DNA of 64,000 nt from an uncultured Thermoplasmata archaeon (lineage in GTDB: Archaea > Thermoplasmatota > Thermoplasmata > UBA10834). The stretch spans positions 256,001 through 320,000 of the forward strand of contig CAVRDX010000001.1 in NCBI GenBank assembly GCA_963719945.1, given 5' to 3'. Of this stretch, positions 50,401 through 59,429 are shown in pieces (the stretch's first letter is position 1; each line of letters opens with the position of its first letter). The notes under the pieces are model-generated. The model worked only from the letters and a program-made list of their open reading frames with translations. It made no database searches and had not been told where the DNA came from. Made by a program: the position numbers and the translations under genes.

Positions 50401-51679
50401 GATTGAACTGCTCTTCCCTGCGAACCTCAGCGGTGGAGCGTTCACGAGCCCCTATATCGTCAAAGTCGGCATGACCGTCGCTGACCCTGAGGACGCGTCT
50501 GCAATACTTAGCTTCAGTGTGGTAGTGAGTGACAACTACGCTCCCGCAGTCACATACCCGATTCCATATCCAACACTTATCTCGTTCCCGGAGGATACCT
50601 ATCTCAATGGCTCGCTGAACTTGAGTCTGCTATTCAACGATGTTGATGACTCTAGCTTGTCCTACAGGATAGTCTATGGGAGCGCGTCTCCGAACATACA
50701 TGCGGTGATATATCCCGATGGTGTGGTCAACTTCACAGCCGCAGTCAACTGGTCTGGCATCGAAACTCTTGGGTTCGTGGCAACGGATTCTCACGGTGCC
50801 TGGGCTTCATGGATGGTCACGATCTCGGTGACGCCAGTGAATGATGCACCAATCATCTTGCCGATCAAAGATTTCGTGTTCAAGGGTTGGCCGAGGAACT
50901 CTCATTACATCATTTCCCAGTTCTTCATCGACAGCGAGACTCCGTATAGCTCGCTGGTGATATCAGCAATCCCTGATCAGTATGTGAGCGTAGTCGGCAG
51001 TTACCTCTATGTCAGCCTGCCAGATGGTGTGGATGTCATCACCGTCACTCTTCAGGCGACAGATGGTGACGGCGCGACGTCCAATACGATCAGCTTCAGG
51101 GTCGGCGTGACAAAGACTATGGCTGAGACGATTGGATGGCCGTACACTTTCCCCTTGGTGTTGCTTGCTGCAGGAATCGCGAGCTATTTCGCTGCCATGA
51201 GGATGCCTAGGCCCTACTCCCTTGAGAACCTCTTCCTCATCCACAACGACGGCAGGCTTGTTGCCCATGTCACTGAGGAAGAGAACACGAACATGGACAA
51301 TGACGTGGTGAGCGCCATGTTCACTGCCGTCCAGGAATTCGTGCGTGATTCTTTCCAGCAAGGGGAGGTCGGATTGAAGAAGCTCGAGATTGGCGACAAG
51401 AGCGTCATCATCGAGAAGGGTAAGTCTGTCTACATCGCCATGATCTATTCGGGATGGCCTCGAAAAGAGGTTTTCACATCTCTCGCGATGCTGCTCCGAG
51501 ACATCGAGGAAAGATATGCTGATAGGATTATTCGCTGGAACGGGACTATGAAGTCGCTCAAGGGCGTGCAGGAGATGCTCCAGATATACATGTCAAATGA
51601 GTTCAAGCCCGGTTCCTGGCAGGTCGAGGAAGAGATCGGAGAAGAGGAATGGGTCGACATCCTCGACAAGGAATCCTGA
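47453..51679 (+). CDS. Large single-pass cell-surface protein: Ig-like and cadherin-like repeats, TM helix, cytoplasmic longin-like domain
   Basis: N-terminal signal; Ig-like beta repeats; cadherin-type linkers PVNDRP, AVNDPP, PVNDAP with DPD/DVD motifs; TM ~51131-51204; tail LENLFLIHNDGRLVAH...VSAMFTAVQEFVRDSF...LEIGDKSVIIEKGKSVYIAMIY. Confidence 0.85.
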   Translation: MKEVPVGGCSRHARILSGSLAVLLAILMISGPVLLMIGDDPVNASADSLTSWDHLLRMHEGSPVSSGDYDWLNSSAPQNPSDLDYDSDGLLGITIKKNLPSQRWRHFWVLSPPVNSDVSIQGDISAHIWAASRDNESGSMMTITLSDMAPSTFYSPSSWASVGSATIALTGPVYSSWKAYDLNIPGIDYVLADGHSLVLTIMRGDSINDGLMILYDSNAFDSYLIVPTRDFISVDDVWTEDESGTSRTVFADTEEIVVYANVSNPFGAYDIRESYLEVAYSNNGTVCIPSTPLTLVSADSSSNPSWKLFSTALEHLCNGTFNLTVYGYDALGTPTWLTSSVSIVTADHFEVLTPSNIIAGQEFEMTITALDAAGEIVPNWRGTVEVESVFSETMTPSSGSLNVTTVEFEGTENGVVTVENQSYDAGEETIILIAYSNSHFGYSVEIYVWSGPVSTISIDPAGPITSLLSGSIVSFTVVGLDHLGNENTSWSPAWSVFGSVGTISGSGMTVSFIALNDGVGGINCTDPASGIYVNVNITVVAGSLARIVLSPSGPLSIPEGVSQVIVATGYDSYDNIVSMSSATWSTNTSGKIVGSGSTVTYTAGYIPESGAIEVMYGSVSASISVTVINALNGPRLSTIPTQIATEDSSWSLSLTSYWHHTNGTANLKWFAENVDTSLYLVTHDPSSEAIVKFYTQPDKFGSDTFRLWVRDPDGFSTYQDIVVSIQPVNDRPHFVHSPPTEIYVKFSTPYSFDYSYYVSDVDNAKSNLLMFAESSNYGDILFDHLISTFLFLEKDGTNSYFEIITITLTDAVNAESSDSTNSDYLNAVIWVTDDTPPSLNNTLPDQELNEGDLNVYAFDLDDFFFDQDPEDYLVYQYGFDNIVISIDQETHEVYMSAPFEWSGITEGTLTAMDPTGAFKTDIVTVTVFAVNDPPSISPINDIHVRYDVVTKIDASMYVADPDHTLDELVFSFDSPYASYSDGMIELLFPANLSGGAFTSPYIVKVGMTVADPEDASAILSFSVVVSDNYAPAVTYPIPYPTLISFPEDTYLNGSLNLSLLFNDVDDSSLSYRIVYGSASPNIHAVIYPDGVVNFTAAVNWSGIETLGFVATDSHGAWASWMVTISVTPVNDAPIILPIKDFVFKGWPRNSHYIISQFFIDSETPYSSLVISAIPDQYVSVVGSYLYVSLPDGVDVITVTLQATDGDGATSNTISFRVGVTKTMAETIGWPYTFPLVLLAAGIASYFAAMRMPRPYSLENLFLIHNDGRLVAHVTEEENTNMDNDVVSAMFTAVQEFVRDSFQQGEVGLKKLEIGDKSVIIEKGKSVYIAMIYSGWPRKEVFTSLAMLLRDIEERYADRIIRWNGTMKSLKGVQEMLQIYMSNEFKPGSWQVEEEIGEEEWVDILDKES

Positions 51680-51689
51680 TCCGGCGCAA

Positions 51690-53372
51690 TCAGGCATTCT
51701 TCATGGCATATTCGAACAGCGACTCCTTTGGTTCGCCGAGATTCATCTCGTACTCTTCATAGAGTCTGATCGCCATGGAACGTCTCATGAATTTCATCGG
51801 CAGAGTCCCTGAGCGTAGCAGTGTGTCGTGGAAGAACCTCAGGGTGAATTTGTCTCCCATGAGTTCCTTCACATCGTCCCTGAGCTGGAGGATGTTTAGC
51901 TTTCCGATGAAGTACGATAGATAATATGTCGGGGTTATTGCGTATGTGCGGACATCGTTCATCGCTGCCTTTCTCTGAAGGCCGACTTCCGTTACGAGCA
52001 AGTCAGTCACTTCCTCCGTCGTAGTTCTGCCAGTCGACAACTTGACATCAGCGATTACCCTCACGATTCTGAAAACTAGATCATTCAGCTGTGCCAGTCT
52101 CTCGATCGGCGTGCTGCTGAATCCCTGAGCCATCATCATCTCTTCACAGTAGAGTGCCCAGCCCTCGGCGAAATCCATGGATGCGCTAAGGGCTCTCAGA
52201 TATGATGGGTTGGCATTGGCGACTATCCCTTGCAGGTGATGTCCTGGATATCCTTCGTGGACTGCAGTGTTCGCGATGGTCCCGAACGCGTGATCCATCA
52301 GGAGTTCTGGGTCATTATCCGGCGTCACCAGGAACAACCCTTTCATGTCTGTGGAAAACTTGGCTGGCTCGTATTGTGCTGCAAAAGGCGCGGTGTGTCT
52401 CATGAAGACGGGGGTCTCAATGACCAGCAGCTTCTCTCCGTCAGGAACTGTCGCGATATCGTTATCTATAACGAATAGGCGTGAACGCTCGATCTCCTTT
52501 CTATACGCCTTCAAAACCTCTTCGAAGTTCTTTGGATGGTTCGATCGCATCTTGTTTCTGGCATCGATTGGGTCGCAGGTATCTACAATCTCCTTCGAGA
52601 TTTCAGCCATCTCTTTCTTGACGATTTGGAGATAAGTCTCGGCAATTTCCAATGCCTCATCGGAGGTCATTCCATAGCTTCTGAGTTCGAGATACTCCTC
52701 GAACTCCTTCTCTGTCAATATCGAACCGTCATGTGACCGTGGTATCACGTGATCCTTCAACCATCCATTGTAACTCTCAATCTCCTGGTTGCATCTATCG
52801 ACAGCGCTCTCCAATCGGGCGATGACCCCATCATCCTTCGCCGTCTTCTTCGCGATCATCACAATCTCATCGAGAAACGCAGGGAGCCTCATACCGGTTT
52901 CAAGAGTCACTTCGTTGCAGATCTTCAATGGGTCATTGAGGATGGATTTCGAATCCTCGATGAATCGGGGGAATTTCTCAAGTCGTGAAGAAATCGCATC
53001 TAAACGCTTCTCGAAGGGAATGTCATCCCTTACGAACAGGAAGAAGAGCGAGTTGCATATCTCATCAGGTGCCATGCACATATGCTCGTGCATTCTCAAC
53101 TTCTCTATCTCGAATATCCTTATCTCGAACAGATACTTCGCCAGATCCTTGTCCAAGCGTTCGTTGGGCGAGATAGAAGCATCATCGAACTTGTCGAGTT
53201 CGGATATGAAATGGCGCAATCTCTTCGTCTGTTCGGAGAATATGCCCTTGTTGACTGCCTTGACTTCGTGGTCATATCGATGCCATCCCAATTGAGTTGC
53301 ATAGGCTGGGTCCCAGCTCAGTATCTCGTCGATGATGCTTTCGCTGAGATCTTGGAAGAGGAGGTTAGTCAT
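51690..53372 (-). CDS. DUF885 family putative metallopeptidase
   Basis: ATQLGWHRYD, VHEGYPGHHLQ, EGWALYCE, SYFIG, FHD..L..G..P. Confidence 0.88.
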   Translation of the reverse strand: MTNLLFQDLSESIIDEILSWDPAYATQLGWHRYDHEVKAVNKGIFSEQTKRLRHFISELDKFDDASISPNERLDKDLAKYLFEIRIFEIEKLRMHEHMCMAPDEICNSLFFLFVRDDIPFEKRLDAISSRLEKFPRFIEDSKSILNDPLKICNEVTLETGMRLPAFLDEIVMIAKKTAKDDGVIARLESAVDRCNQEIESYNGWLKDHVIPRSHDGSILTEKEFEEYLELRSYGMTSDEALEIAETYLQIVKKEMAEISKEIVDTCDPIDARNKMRSNHPKNFEEVLKAYRKEIERSRLFVIDNDIATVPDGEKLLVIETPVFMRHTAPFAAQYEPAKFSTDMKGLFLVTPDNDPELLMDHAFGTIANTAVHEGYPGHHLQGIVANANPSYLRALSASMDFAEGWALYCEEMMMAQGFSSTPIERLAQLNDLVFRIVRVIADVKLSTGRTTTEEVTDLLVTEVGLQRKAAMNDVRTYAITPTYYLSYFIGKLNILQLRDDVKELMGDKFTLRFFHDTLLRSGTLPMKFMRRSMAIRLYEEYEMNLGEPKESLFEYAMKNA

Positions 53373-53559
53373 TGGACAAATATGTGCATGATTCAATTGC
53401 ATATAAACTTATACCTTATAAGTGAGCGTCATTTCGAAGTTGCCAGATGGGCTGTAATAGGTGTGATGATCCATTGGAAACGACGCTTTTCCAGCCAGTG
53501 CTAATTAAGCGCCTATCGCAAAGGCTTATACACTGCCTGTCTAATCCCAAGAATCCAAA

Positions 53560-55845
53560 ATGCCAAGCTCAGGCAATCAGTCTGTTACGGTCACACTGAG
53601 GCGCGACCTAGGCCTTTTCGATGTGACGATGATAGGCATTGGTGCCATGATCGGTACCAGCATATTCGTCCTCATAGGGGTCACCACAAGGGAGGTCGGA
53701 GCAGCTGTGCTGCTCGTCTTCGTACTCAATGCGATAGCGACCATCTTCACCGCTGGGACATATGCTGAGCTAGGCTCCACATTCCCAGAGGCAGGTGGAG
53801 GCTATCTATGGGCTAAGAAGGGGTTGAGGCACCCTTCGGCGTTCCTGTCTGGGTGGATGTCTTGGTTCGGTCATACAGTTGCCTGCAGTTACTATGCCTT
53901 GGGCTTGGGTTATGCGATGGTTGCATTCATCGCATACTTCGAAATCGATTTCTTCGGCCTTGCGGATGACATGATCGTTAAACTCTTCGCGGTCCTCGCG
54001 ATAATATCTTTCGTTGGAGTGAATTATATCGGTGTTGGTGCCACGGGCAAGGCAGGCGCCATGATCACCCTGATCCAGATACTAATCGTCGCGTTCTTTG
54101 TAGCGTTCTCGATACTGTTCGCCCTTGATGTATCTGGCATCTACATGCTCAAGAGTATCGGTCCGATCTTTCCGGATGATTTCACTCGCATCTTCATGGT
54201 GATGGGATTCACCTTTATCGCATTCGAAGGCTACGAGATCATCGTCCAATGCGGCGAAGAAGTGAAGGATCCGAAGAAGAACATACCCCGCGCGATCTTC
54301 ATCTCCGTCCTTGTCGCTGCTGTGCTGTACATCTCTGTGGCGTTGGCCTGCCTCCTGAATTTCTCTACCGAATGGCTAGGTGCACAGGGCGAGAATGCGG
54401 TCATCGAGAGTGCTAAGAATGTGATTCCATACCTGGGCGCCCCACTGGTCATTTTCGGAGGAGTGCTTTCCGCGATGGCAGCGTTGAACGCGACCGTTTT
54501 TTCATCATCCAGGGTTAGTTTTGCCATGGGCAGGGATAACTCATTGCCAAAGGTATTCGGGGCAGTTCACAAGAAAAGGCGTGTTCCTCACAACGCCATC
54601 GCGATAACTGGATTGATAATGTTGTTCATGGCGTTATTCTTCCCACTGGAGGTAGTGGTTGCATCGACATCGATCATGTTCCTGCTTCTTTTCACATTCG
54701 CCAATGCGGCATCCATCAAATTGAGGCGTAGACTCACGAAGATAGATATCGGGTTCAAGACACCTTTGTTCCCGCTCTTCCCGGTTGTCGGGATTATCAG
54801 CAGCCTAGCGATTGCCGTGTATATGTTCAATTTCATGCCGATGGCTTGGTATATCACACTCATTTGGCTGGGGGCAGGCCTCGCTCTGTCCGTCTTCGCG
54901 AAGCCCGCAGAGGAATTCCAATCGATCGTCGAGAGGAAGCGGGTCCCGGCAAAGCCTCTTCCGAAGGACCAGATCGAACGGTACAGAGTCTTCCTCGCAC
55001 TCGGAGACCTTGGCGACCTCAGGCTCGTGGAAACTGCAGGTGTCATCGCGCGGTATTTCAAGGGCGAATTGACTGTGAACACTGTGGTCGAGGTACCTCG
55101 GGCGATGCCTTTGGAGGCCATCAGCAGGGATTATGTTGACGAGATCGCCCAGGGATTGAAGAAAGCCATCAAGGTGGCGCCTTCTACTGTCAAAGTCCGT
55201 CCTGTGGTCTCAGTATCGTATTACGTGCCCGGAGCGATCGTGGACCAGATCAAGCACGATGCTGCCAACCTTCTGGTCCTGGGCTGGAAAGGCACTCGCA
55301 GACGCGGAAGAACCATATTAGGTAGGAATCTGGACGAGGTGGTGAGGCGGGCACCTTGCGATGTGGCGATCATCAAGACCAAGAGGTTGAGCAAGAACAT
55401 AGAGAAGATACTCCTCGTCTCGGGTAAATACTATGAAACCAGGAAGGCACTTCTTCTCGCACTGCCACTCGCAAAAGAATATGGTGCTTCGATCGACATC
55501 CTTTCTGTGATAACTGACGACAAGCAGGTGGAACTTGCGAAGGGCAATGCGGATAGATTGAGCAAGATGTGTACCCGGGTTAATGTACCTCACGAGGTCC
55601 ATATCGTGCGCTCGAAATCGCGCGTTAACGCCGTGCTCGAAGCGGCCAAGAAATGCGATCTATTAGTGATGGGTGCGGGATCACAGACTGCGATAGAGAA
55701 GACTCTGCTCGGGACCACATATGATAGGATCATACGGTCGGTAGATGTGCCTGTGATGGTCCTGAAGACCACGAATGTCAATAGGACCCCACAGCCAGGA
55801 ACGGTCGTATCATTCCCGACCTTTATGCCACCTGGCAGGACCTAA
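53560..55845 (+). CDS. APC-family amino acid permease fused to two USP domains
   Basis: GIGAMIGTSIF, YAELG, AGGGY, AFEGYE, EEVKDPKKNIP, SSSR; C-terminal APCDVAII and VDVPVMV USP ends. Confidence 0.9.
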   Translation: MPSSGNQSVTVTLRRDLGLFDVTMIGIGAMIGTSIFVLIGVTTREVGAAVLLVFVLNAIATIFTAGTYAELGSTFPEAGGGYLWAKKGLRHPSAFLSGWMSWFGHTVACSYYALGLGYAMVAFIAYFEIDFFGLADDMIVKLFAVLAIISFVGVNYIGVGATGKAGAMITLIQILIVAFFVAFSILFALDVSGIYMLKSIGPIFPDDFTRIFMVMGFTFIAFEGYEIIVQCGEEVKDPKKNIPRAIFISVLVAAVLYISVALACLLNFSTEWLGAQGENAVIESAKNVIPYLGAPLVIFGGVLSAMAALNATVFSSSRVSFAMGRDNSLPKVFGAVHKKRRVPHNAIAITGLIMLFMALFFPLEVVVASTSIMFLLLFTFANAASIKLRRRLTKIDIGFKTPLFPLFPVVGIISSLAIAVYMFNFMPMAWYITLIWLGAGLALSVFAKPAEEFQSIVERKRVPAKPLPKDQIERYRVFLALGDLGDLRLVETAGVIARYFKGELTVNTVVEVPRAMPLEAISRDYVDEIAQGLKKAIKVAPSTVKVRPVVSVSYYVPGAIVDQIKHDAANLLVLGWKGTRRRGRTILGRNLDEVVRRAPCDVAIIKTKRLSKNIEKILLVSGKYYETRKALLLALPLAKEYGASIDILSVITDDKQVELAKGNADRLSKMCTRVNVPHEVHIVRSKSRVNAVLEAAKKCDLLVMGAGSQTAIEKTLLGTTYDRIIRSVDVPVMVLKTTNVNRTPQPGTVVSFPTFMPPGRT

Positions 55846-56306
55846 CCTACTATTCCTCCGAAGAGTTCTTCGAGTGCCTTCCTCGCGGTCTTGGTGAGGT
55901 CCATCTTCTTTGCATCTTCATAATTGACCCACTTGATGTCCTGCACCTCGGCGCTCAACCTGGTCTCTCCTCCAATAGGCTTCGACAGAAAATCCACGAG
56001 GACGAAATGGAACTTGATTTTGCCCGACTCGTCCCTATCGATCATATCGAACACATTGATCAGCTCTAGAACCTCGACCGTGATGCCTGTCTCTTCCTCG
56101 GTCTCCCTTATTGCGGCTTCCGAGAGTTTCTCTCCAATCTCTACGAGACCACCTGGTATACTCCACTTGCCTGCACCAGGGTCGAAGGCTCGCTTTATCA
56201 GCAATATCTTACCCTCTTTGATGGTGACAGTGCCAACTCCCACAAGGGGGGCATCCGGATATTCGCGTCTGCGTCCATGGTTGTCATTGTCCGTCATGTT
56301 CATCAC
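55842..56306 (-). CDS. Nudix hydrolase (ADP-ribose pyrophosphatase-like)
   Basis: GGLVEIGEKLSEAAIRETEEETG Nudix box. Confidence 0.92.
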   Translation of the reverse strand: MMNMTDNDNHGRRREYPDAPLVGVGTVTIKEGKILLIKRAFDPGAGKWSIPGGLVEIGEKLSEAAIRETEEETGITVEVLELINVFDMIDRDESGKIKFHFVLVDFLSKPIGGETRLSAEVQDIKWVNYEDAKKMDLTKTARKALEELFGGIVG

Positions 56307-57448
56307 TTTCTTCTTTTCCTCAATATCGCGAAGGACATCGCCACTGCAATCGAAGCCACCATTATTATTATAATCCCTATTATCAAGGTCGTATTATTGG
56401 CATCCTCGGCGGATAGCCAGAGTATTCCGCTCAAGAGCGCCTGCGATATCACTTCTATCTGTTCCACCGAGATCGTATCGACAGTATCCTGTGAAGTATG
56501 GTAGTACGGATTGACTGGAATATACACTGGTGGAACCACTCCTGCCATATAGGTTTCCTCTGTCACCAGCATGCTCCGGTAGTTTCCCTCCCAGAACGAT
56601 GAATGGTCGCTGTATATGGTCCATGGTGAATTCACTATATCGATGGTCAGCTCGAGGTCCAACTGTTCTGCCAGATACTTGGTTGCGTCTGCCATGAGAT
56701 TGGATTCTTCGTTGGTGATCATTGTCGTGATGTTCTCTGTCCCTGCCCTGTATCCGATCATGTCGAGGATAGCAGAACCCTTGTAAGTCTCACCATTCGC
56801 GACTTCTTGTTTGACGAAGTACGCGCTGCCAGCACACCCTCCCGAATGATCGTATCCTAATTCCTCCGCTCCAAAGGCAACGAACTTCACGGTATTATGG
56901 AGGTCGACATCCGCCAGTACCCTGGCCATCTCGATTATCGCTGCGATTCCTGATGCGTCGTCATCTGCACCTGGGGCGGTCAGGAGTTCTGCATCTATCA
57001 GGGTATCAGCAAGGCGGTTCTCAGAATCATAGTGCGCTCCAAATAGGAACAGCCCTTCGCTTCCACTATCGGTTGGAATGGTCGCAATGATATTGGAGCT
57101 GATGACATCTCCAATGGTAAACTGCTGGATCTCGGTCTCCAATCCTATATCAACGAATCTCTCATAGATGTAGAGTGCGGATTCTCTTGAGCTCTCTAAG
57201 ACAAAACTCCTGGACCCAAAATCCTCAAGCTCTTCGATCGTCGCCATGATATTCGAACTATCGACCTTTTGAATGATTGCCAGAATCTCATCCATATCTG
57301 GCCCTGCCTTCGCGGGCATGATTCCAGTGCTTGCAGAGAACAGGATCGTGCAGACCATGATGGTTGCAGATGCGAAAGCCGTTGCCCTGGTTATCGCCTC
57401 TTTATGCGATGAACGCGGAGACCATTGCCTGGGTGGCTGTTCATCCAT
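56303..57448 (-). CDS. M28 family aminopeptidase, secreted with C-terminal membrane anchor
   Basis: GAHYDS, GADDDASG, AEELG, LDMIG, SDH, YHT; signal peptide; C-terminal TM plus RKRRK. Confidence 0.9.
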   Translation of the reverse strand: MDEQPPRQWSPRSSHKEAITRATAFASATIMVCTILFSASTGIMPAKAGPDMDEILAIIQKVDSSNIMATIEELEDFGSRSFVLESSRESALYIYERFVDIGLETEIQQFTIGDVISSNIIATIPTDSGSEGLFLFGAHYDSENRLADTLIDAELLTAPGADDDASGIAAIIEMARVLADVDLHNTVKFVAFGAEELGYDHSGGCAGSAYFVKQEVANGETYKGSAILDMIGYRAGTENITTMITNEESNLMADATKYLAEQLDLELTIDIVNSPWTIYSDHSSFWEGNYRSMLVTEETYMAGVVPPVYIPVNPYYHTSQDTVDTISVEQIEVISQALLSGILWLSAEDANNTTLIIGIIIIMVASIAVAMSFAILRKRRK

Positions 57449-57499
57449 GTTTTCGGATTAGCGGTCAACCATATAAAATGGTTCAGCTATACGCGCATC

Positions 57500-58189
57500 G
57501 TGGAACTTGAGCCAATCTTTAGGCAGATAGGAAAGCAGGTGACCGAGGATAGGGTATCCGCGGAATATCATCAATACACTGAGCTCAAACATACTTGGAG
57601 GCTCAGGAATCACACGCTGTCATTCAAAATAAGCGATTATATGGATGGCGCTCCTGATGAGATCACAGAAGCACTCGCATGGTATCTCATATGCCGAGCG
57701 AAGGGCAGCAAATGCCCTGCTGGAATGGCTGCTCAATACCTCGACTATGCTCGATCGACCGGACTATGGGCGTCCAAGAGGGACTCGTACATATCAAGAG
57801 CGAGGAACCTGTCCTTCCGTCCTGTCGGAAGCCACAGGGATCTCGGCCAGGTATTCGACTACGTAAATGGATGCTATTTCAGCGGTGGATTGAGGCGACC
57901 AGATCTAGCGTGGACGAAGGAGTCCCCAAAATCCCGTCTCGGTTTCTATTTCAAGGCGTTGAACCTTCTGGCCGCCAATCGTGTTCTAGACTCTGAGCGA
58001 GTCCCTCGGTATGTGCTCGAATTCGTCGTCTATCACGAACTGCTACACGAGGTAATGAATCCAAAGGGGACTGCTACAAGGAGCATCCACCACACTAAGG
58101 AGTTCAAGGAGCGCGAACAACAGTTCTCGATGTATTCTGAGGCGGAGGCCTGGCTCTTGAAACTCTCACGCCCCAGAACAAGAAGATGA
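57500..58189 (+). CDS. SprT-like / YgjP-like zinc metalloprotease
   Basis: FDYVNGCYFSG, RLGFY, LD...VPRYVLEFVVYHELLH and third ligand HHTKEF. Confidence 0.78.
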   Translation: MELEPIFRQIGKQVTEDRVSAEYHQYTELKHTWRLRNHTLSFKISDYMDGAPDEITEALAWYLICRAKGSKCPAGMAAQYLDYARSTGLWASKRDSYISRARNLSFRPVGSHRDLGQVFDYVNGCYFSGGLRRPDLAWTKESPKSRLGFYFKALNLLAANRVLDSERVPRYVLEFVVYHELLHEVMNPKGTATRSIHHTKEFKEREQQFSMYSEAEAWLLKLSRPRTRR

Positions 58190-58533
58190 TCCGTGTCCCC
58201 CAGGTGTAACAGTGCGATTCATGGTATGCTTAGCACTCTCGTCGCCCTGACCCTCCTGGGGGTTTTGTTGCACGTCGTGTTGTCCACTACACATGCTTCG
58301 GTGTCTCACCGGTGATTCATAGAGGGACCCATATGACGCACTGTAGCCTGGTGTCGGAACACTGCATCATGTAGATCAGCAGCATAGTATTCCAGGCAAG
58401 AGTATTACACCGTTTGTTGGATATATGGCTTTCCCTATGCAATTCGCCTCAAGAATCGTGGCCAGCATGATTCTGGATATCGAGGACACGATACGCAATT
58501 ATTTTTATAGCCATAAGTTATCTTAAAACATAT

Positions 58534-59424
58534 ATGGCAGCGTTGATTGGCTGCTCAGGGTGGTCTTACGATGACTGGGTCGGCAGATTCTATCCTGCCG
58601 ATCTCGCGAGCAGGAAGGGGGAGTGGTTCGCATACTATTCCAAGTACTTTCCTTCAGTCGAGATCAATTCGACCTTCTACAGGGTGCCAAATGAGTATAT
58701 GGTGAAATCTTGGATAGAGAAGGGCCGCCAGAGGCTAGGGTTCGAGTTTTCCGTGAAACTGCCTCAGATGGTGACTCACGACTCTATCCTGAAGGATTCT
58801 TCTGAGGCAGCAGCATCTCAGGCATCGAGCTTCGAAGGTATATGCGTCAGACCACTGGCGGAGGCAGGTCTTCTCGGTGCGGTCCTGATTCAATTGACTC
58901 CGCACTTCAGGTTCGAAGGCAAGGGTAGCTTGGGGAAGTTGAGGTCGCTCTTCCAGATGCTCGATACAGATCTCTATGATTATGCAGTGGAGTTCCGTCA
59001 CAGGTCGTGGCTTAACGAGCGAGGTAACGAACTCGCGCCAGATGCGGTGGAGGTCCTTCAGGAGTTCGGTGTCGCAAATGTGATAGTGGATGGACCAGGG
59101 TTCCCCATAACTCGATCCCTCACATCGAAGCATGCCTATGTGCGATTTCACGGTCGGAACTACGATATCTGGTACAAGGACGAACTTGAGGACGACTACA
59201 GAATCAACCGCTACGACTACCTCTATTCACATGATCAACTGGCTGATTGGGAGCCGAGACTTTCGGAGATAGTCTCCAACTGCGAGAAGGCACGAATATA
59301 TTTCAATAACCATGGGCGAGCGAAGGCCGTCAAGAACGCTTTCCAGATGATGGAGATTCTCGGCATGCCTCATGAACACAAGGAAGTTTTCATACAGGAC
59401 CAGATGACGCTCGGCGGCTATTGA
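58534..59424 (+). CDS. DUF72 (YecE-like) TIM-barrel protein
   Basis: IGCSGWSYDDW.GRFYP, VEINSTFY, FSVK, EFRHRSW, YVRFHGRN, YDYLY, YFNNH. Confidence 0.93.
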   Translation: MAALIGCSGWSYDDWVGRFYPADLASRKGEWFAYYSKYFPSVEINSTFYRVPNEYMVKSWIEKGRQRLGFEFSVKLPQMVTHDSILKDSSEAAASQASSFEGICVRPLAEAGLLGAVLIQLTPHFRFEGKGSLGKLRSLFQMLDTDLYDYAVEFRHRSWLNERGNELAPDAVEVLQEFGVANVIVDGPGFPITRSLTSKHAYVRFHGRNYDIWYKDELEDDYRINRYDYLYSHDQLADWEPRLSEIVSNCEKARIYFNNHGRAKAVKNAFQMMEILGMPHEHKEVFIQDQMTLGGY

Positions 59425-59429
59425 CCTGT

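Noticed and set aside
58190-58530. SRP RNA or RNase P RNA
   Set aside because: Size fits, but neither the SRP helix-8 motif nor the RNase P GAGGAAAGUCC / CGGCUUA motifs were found
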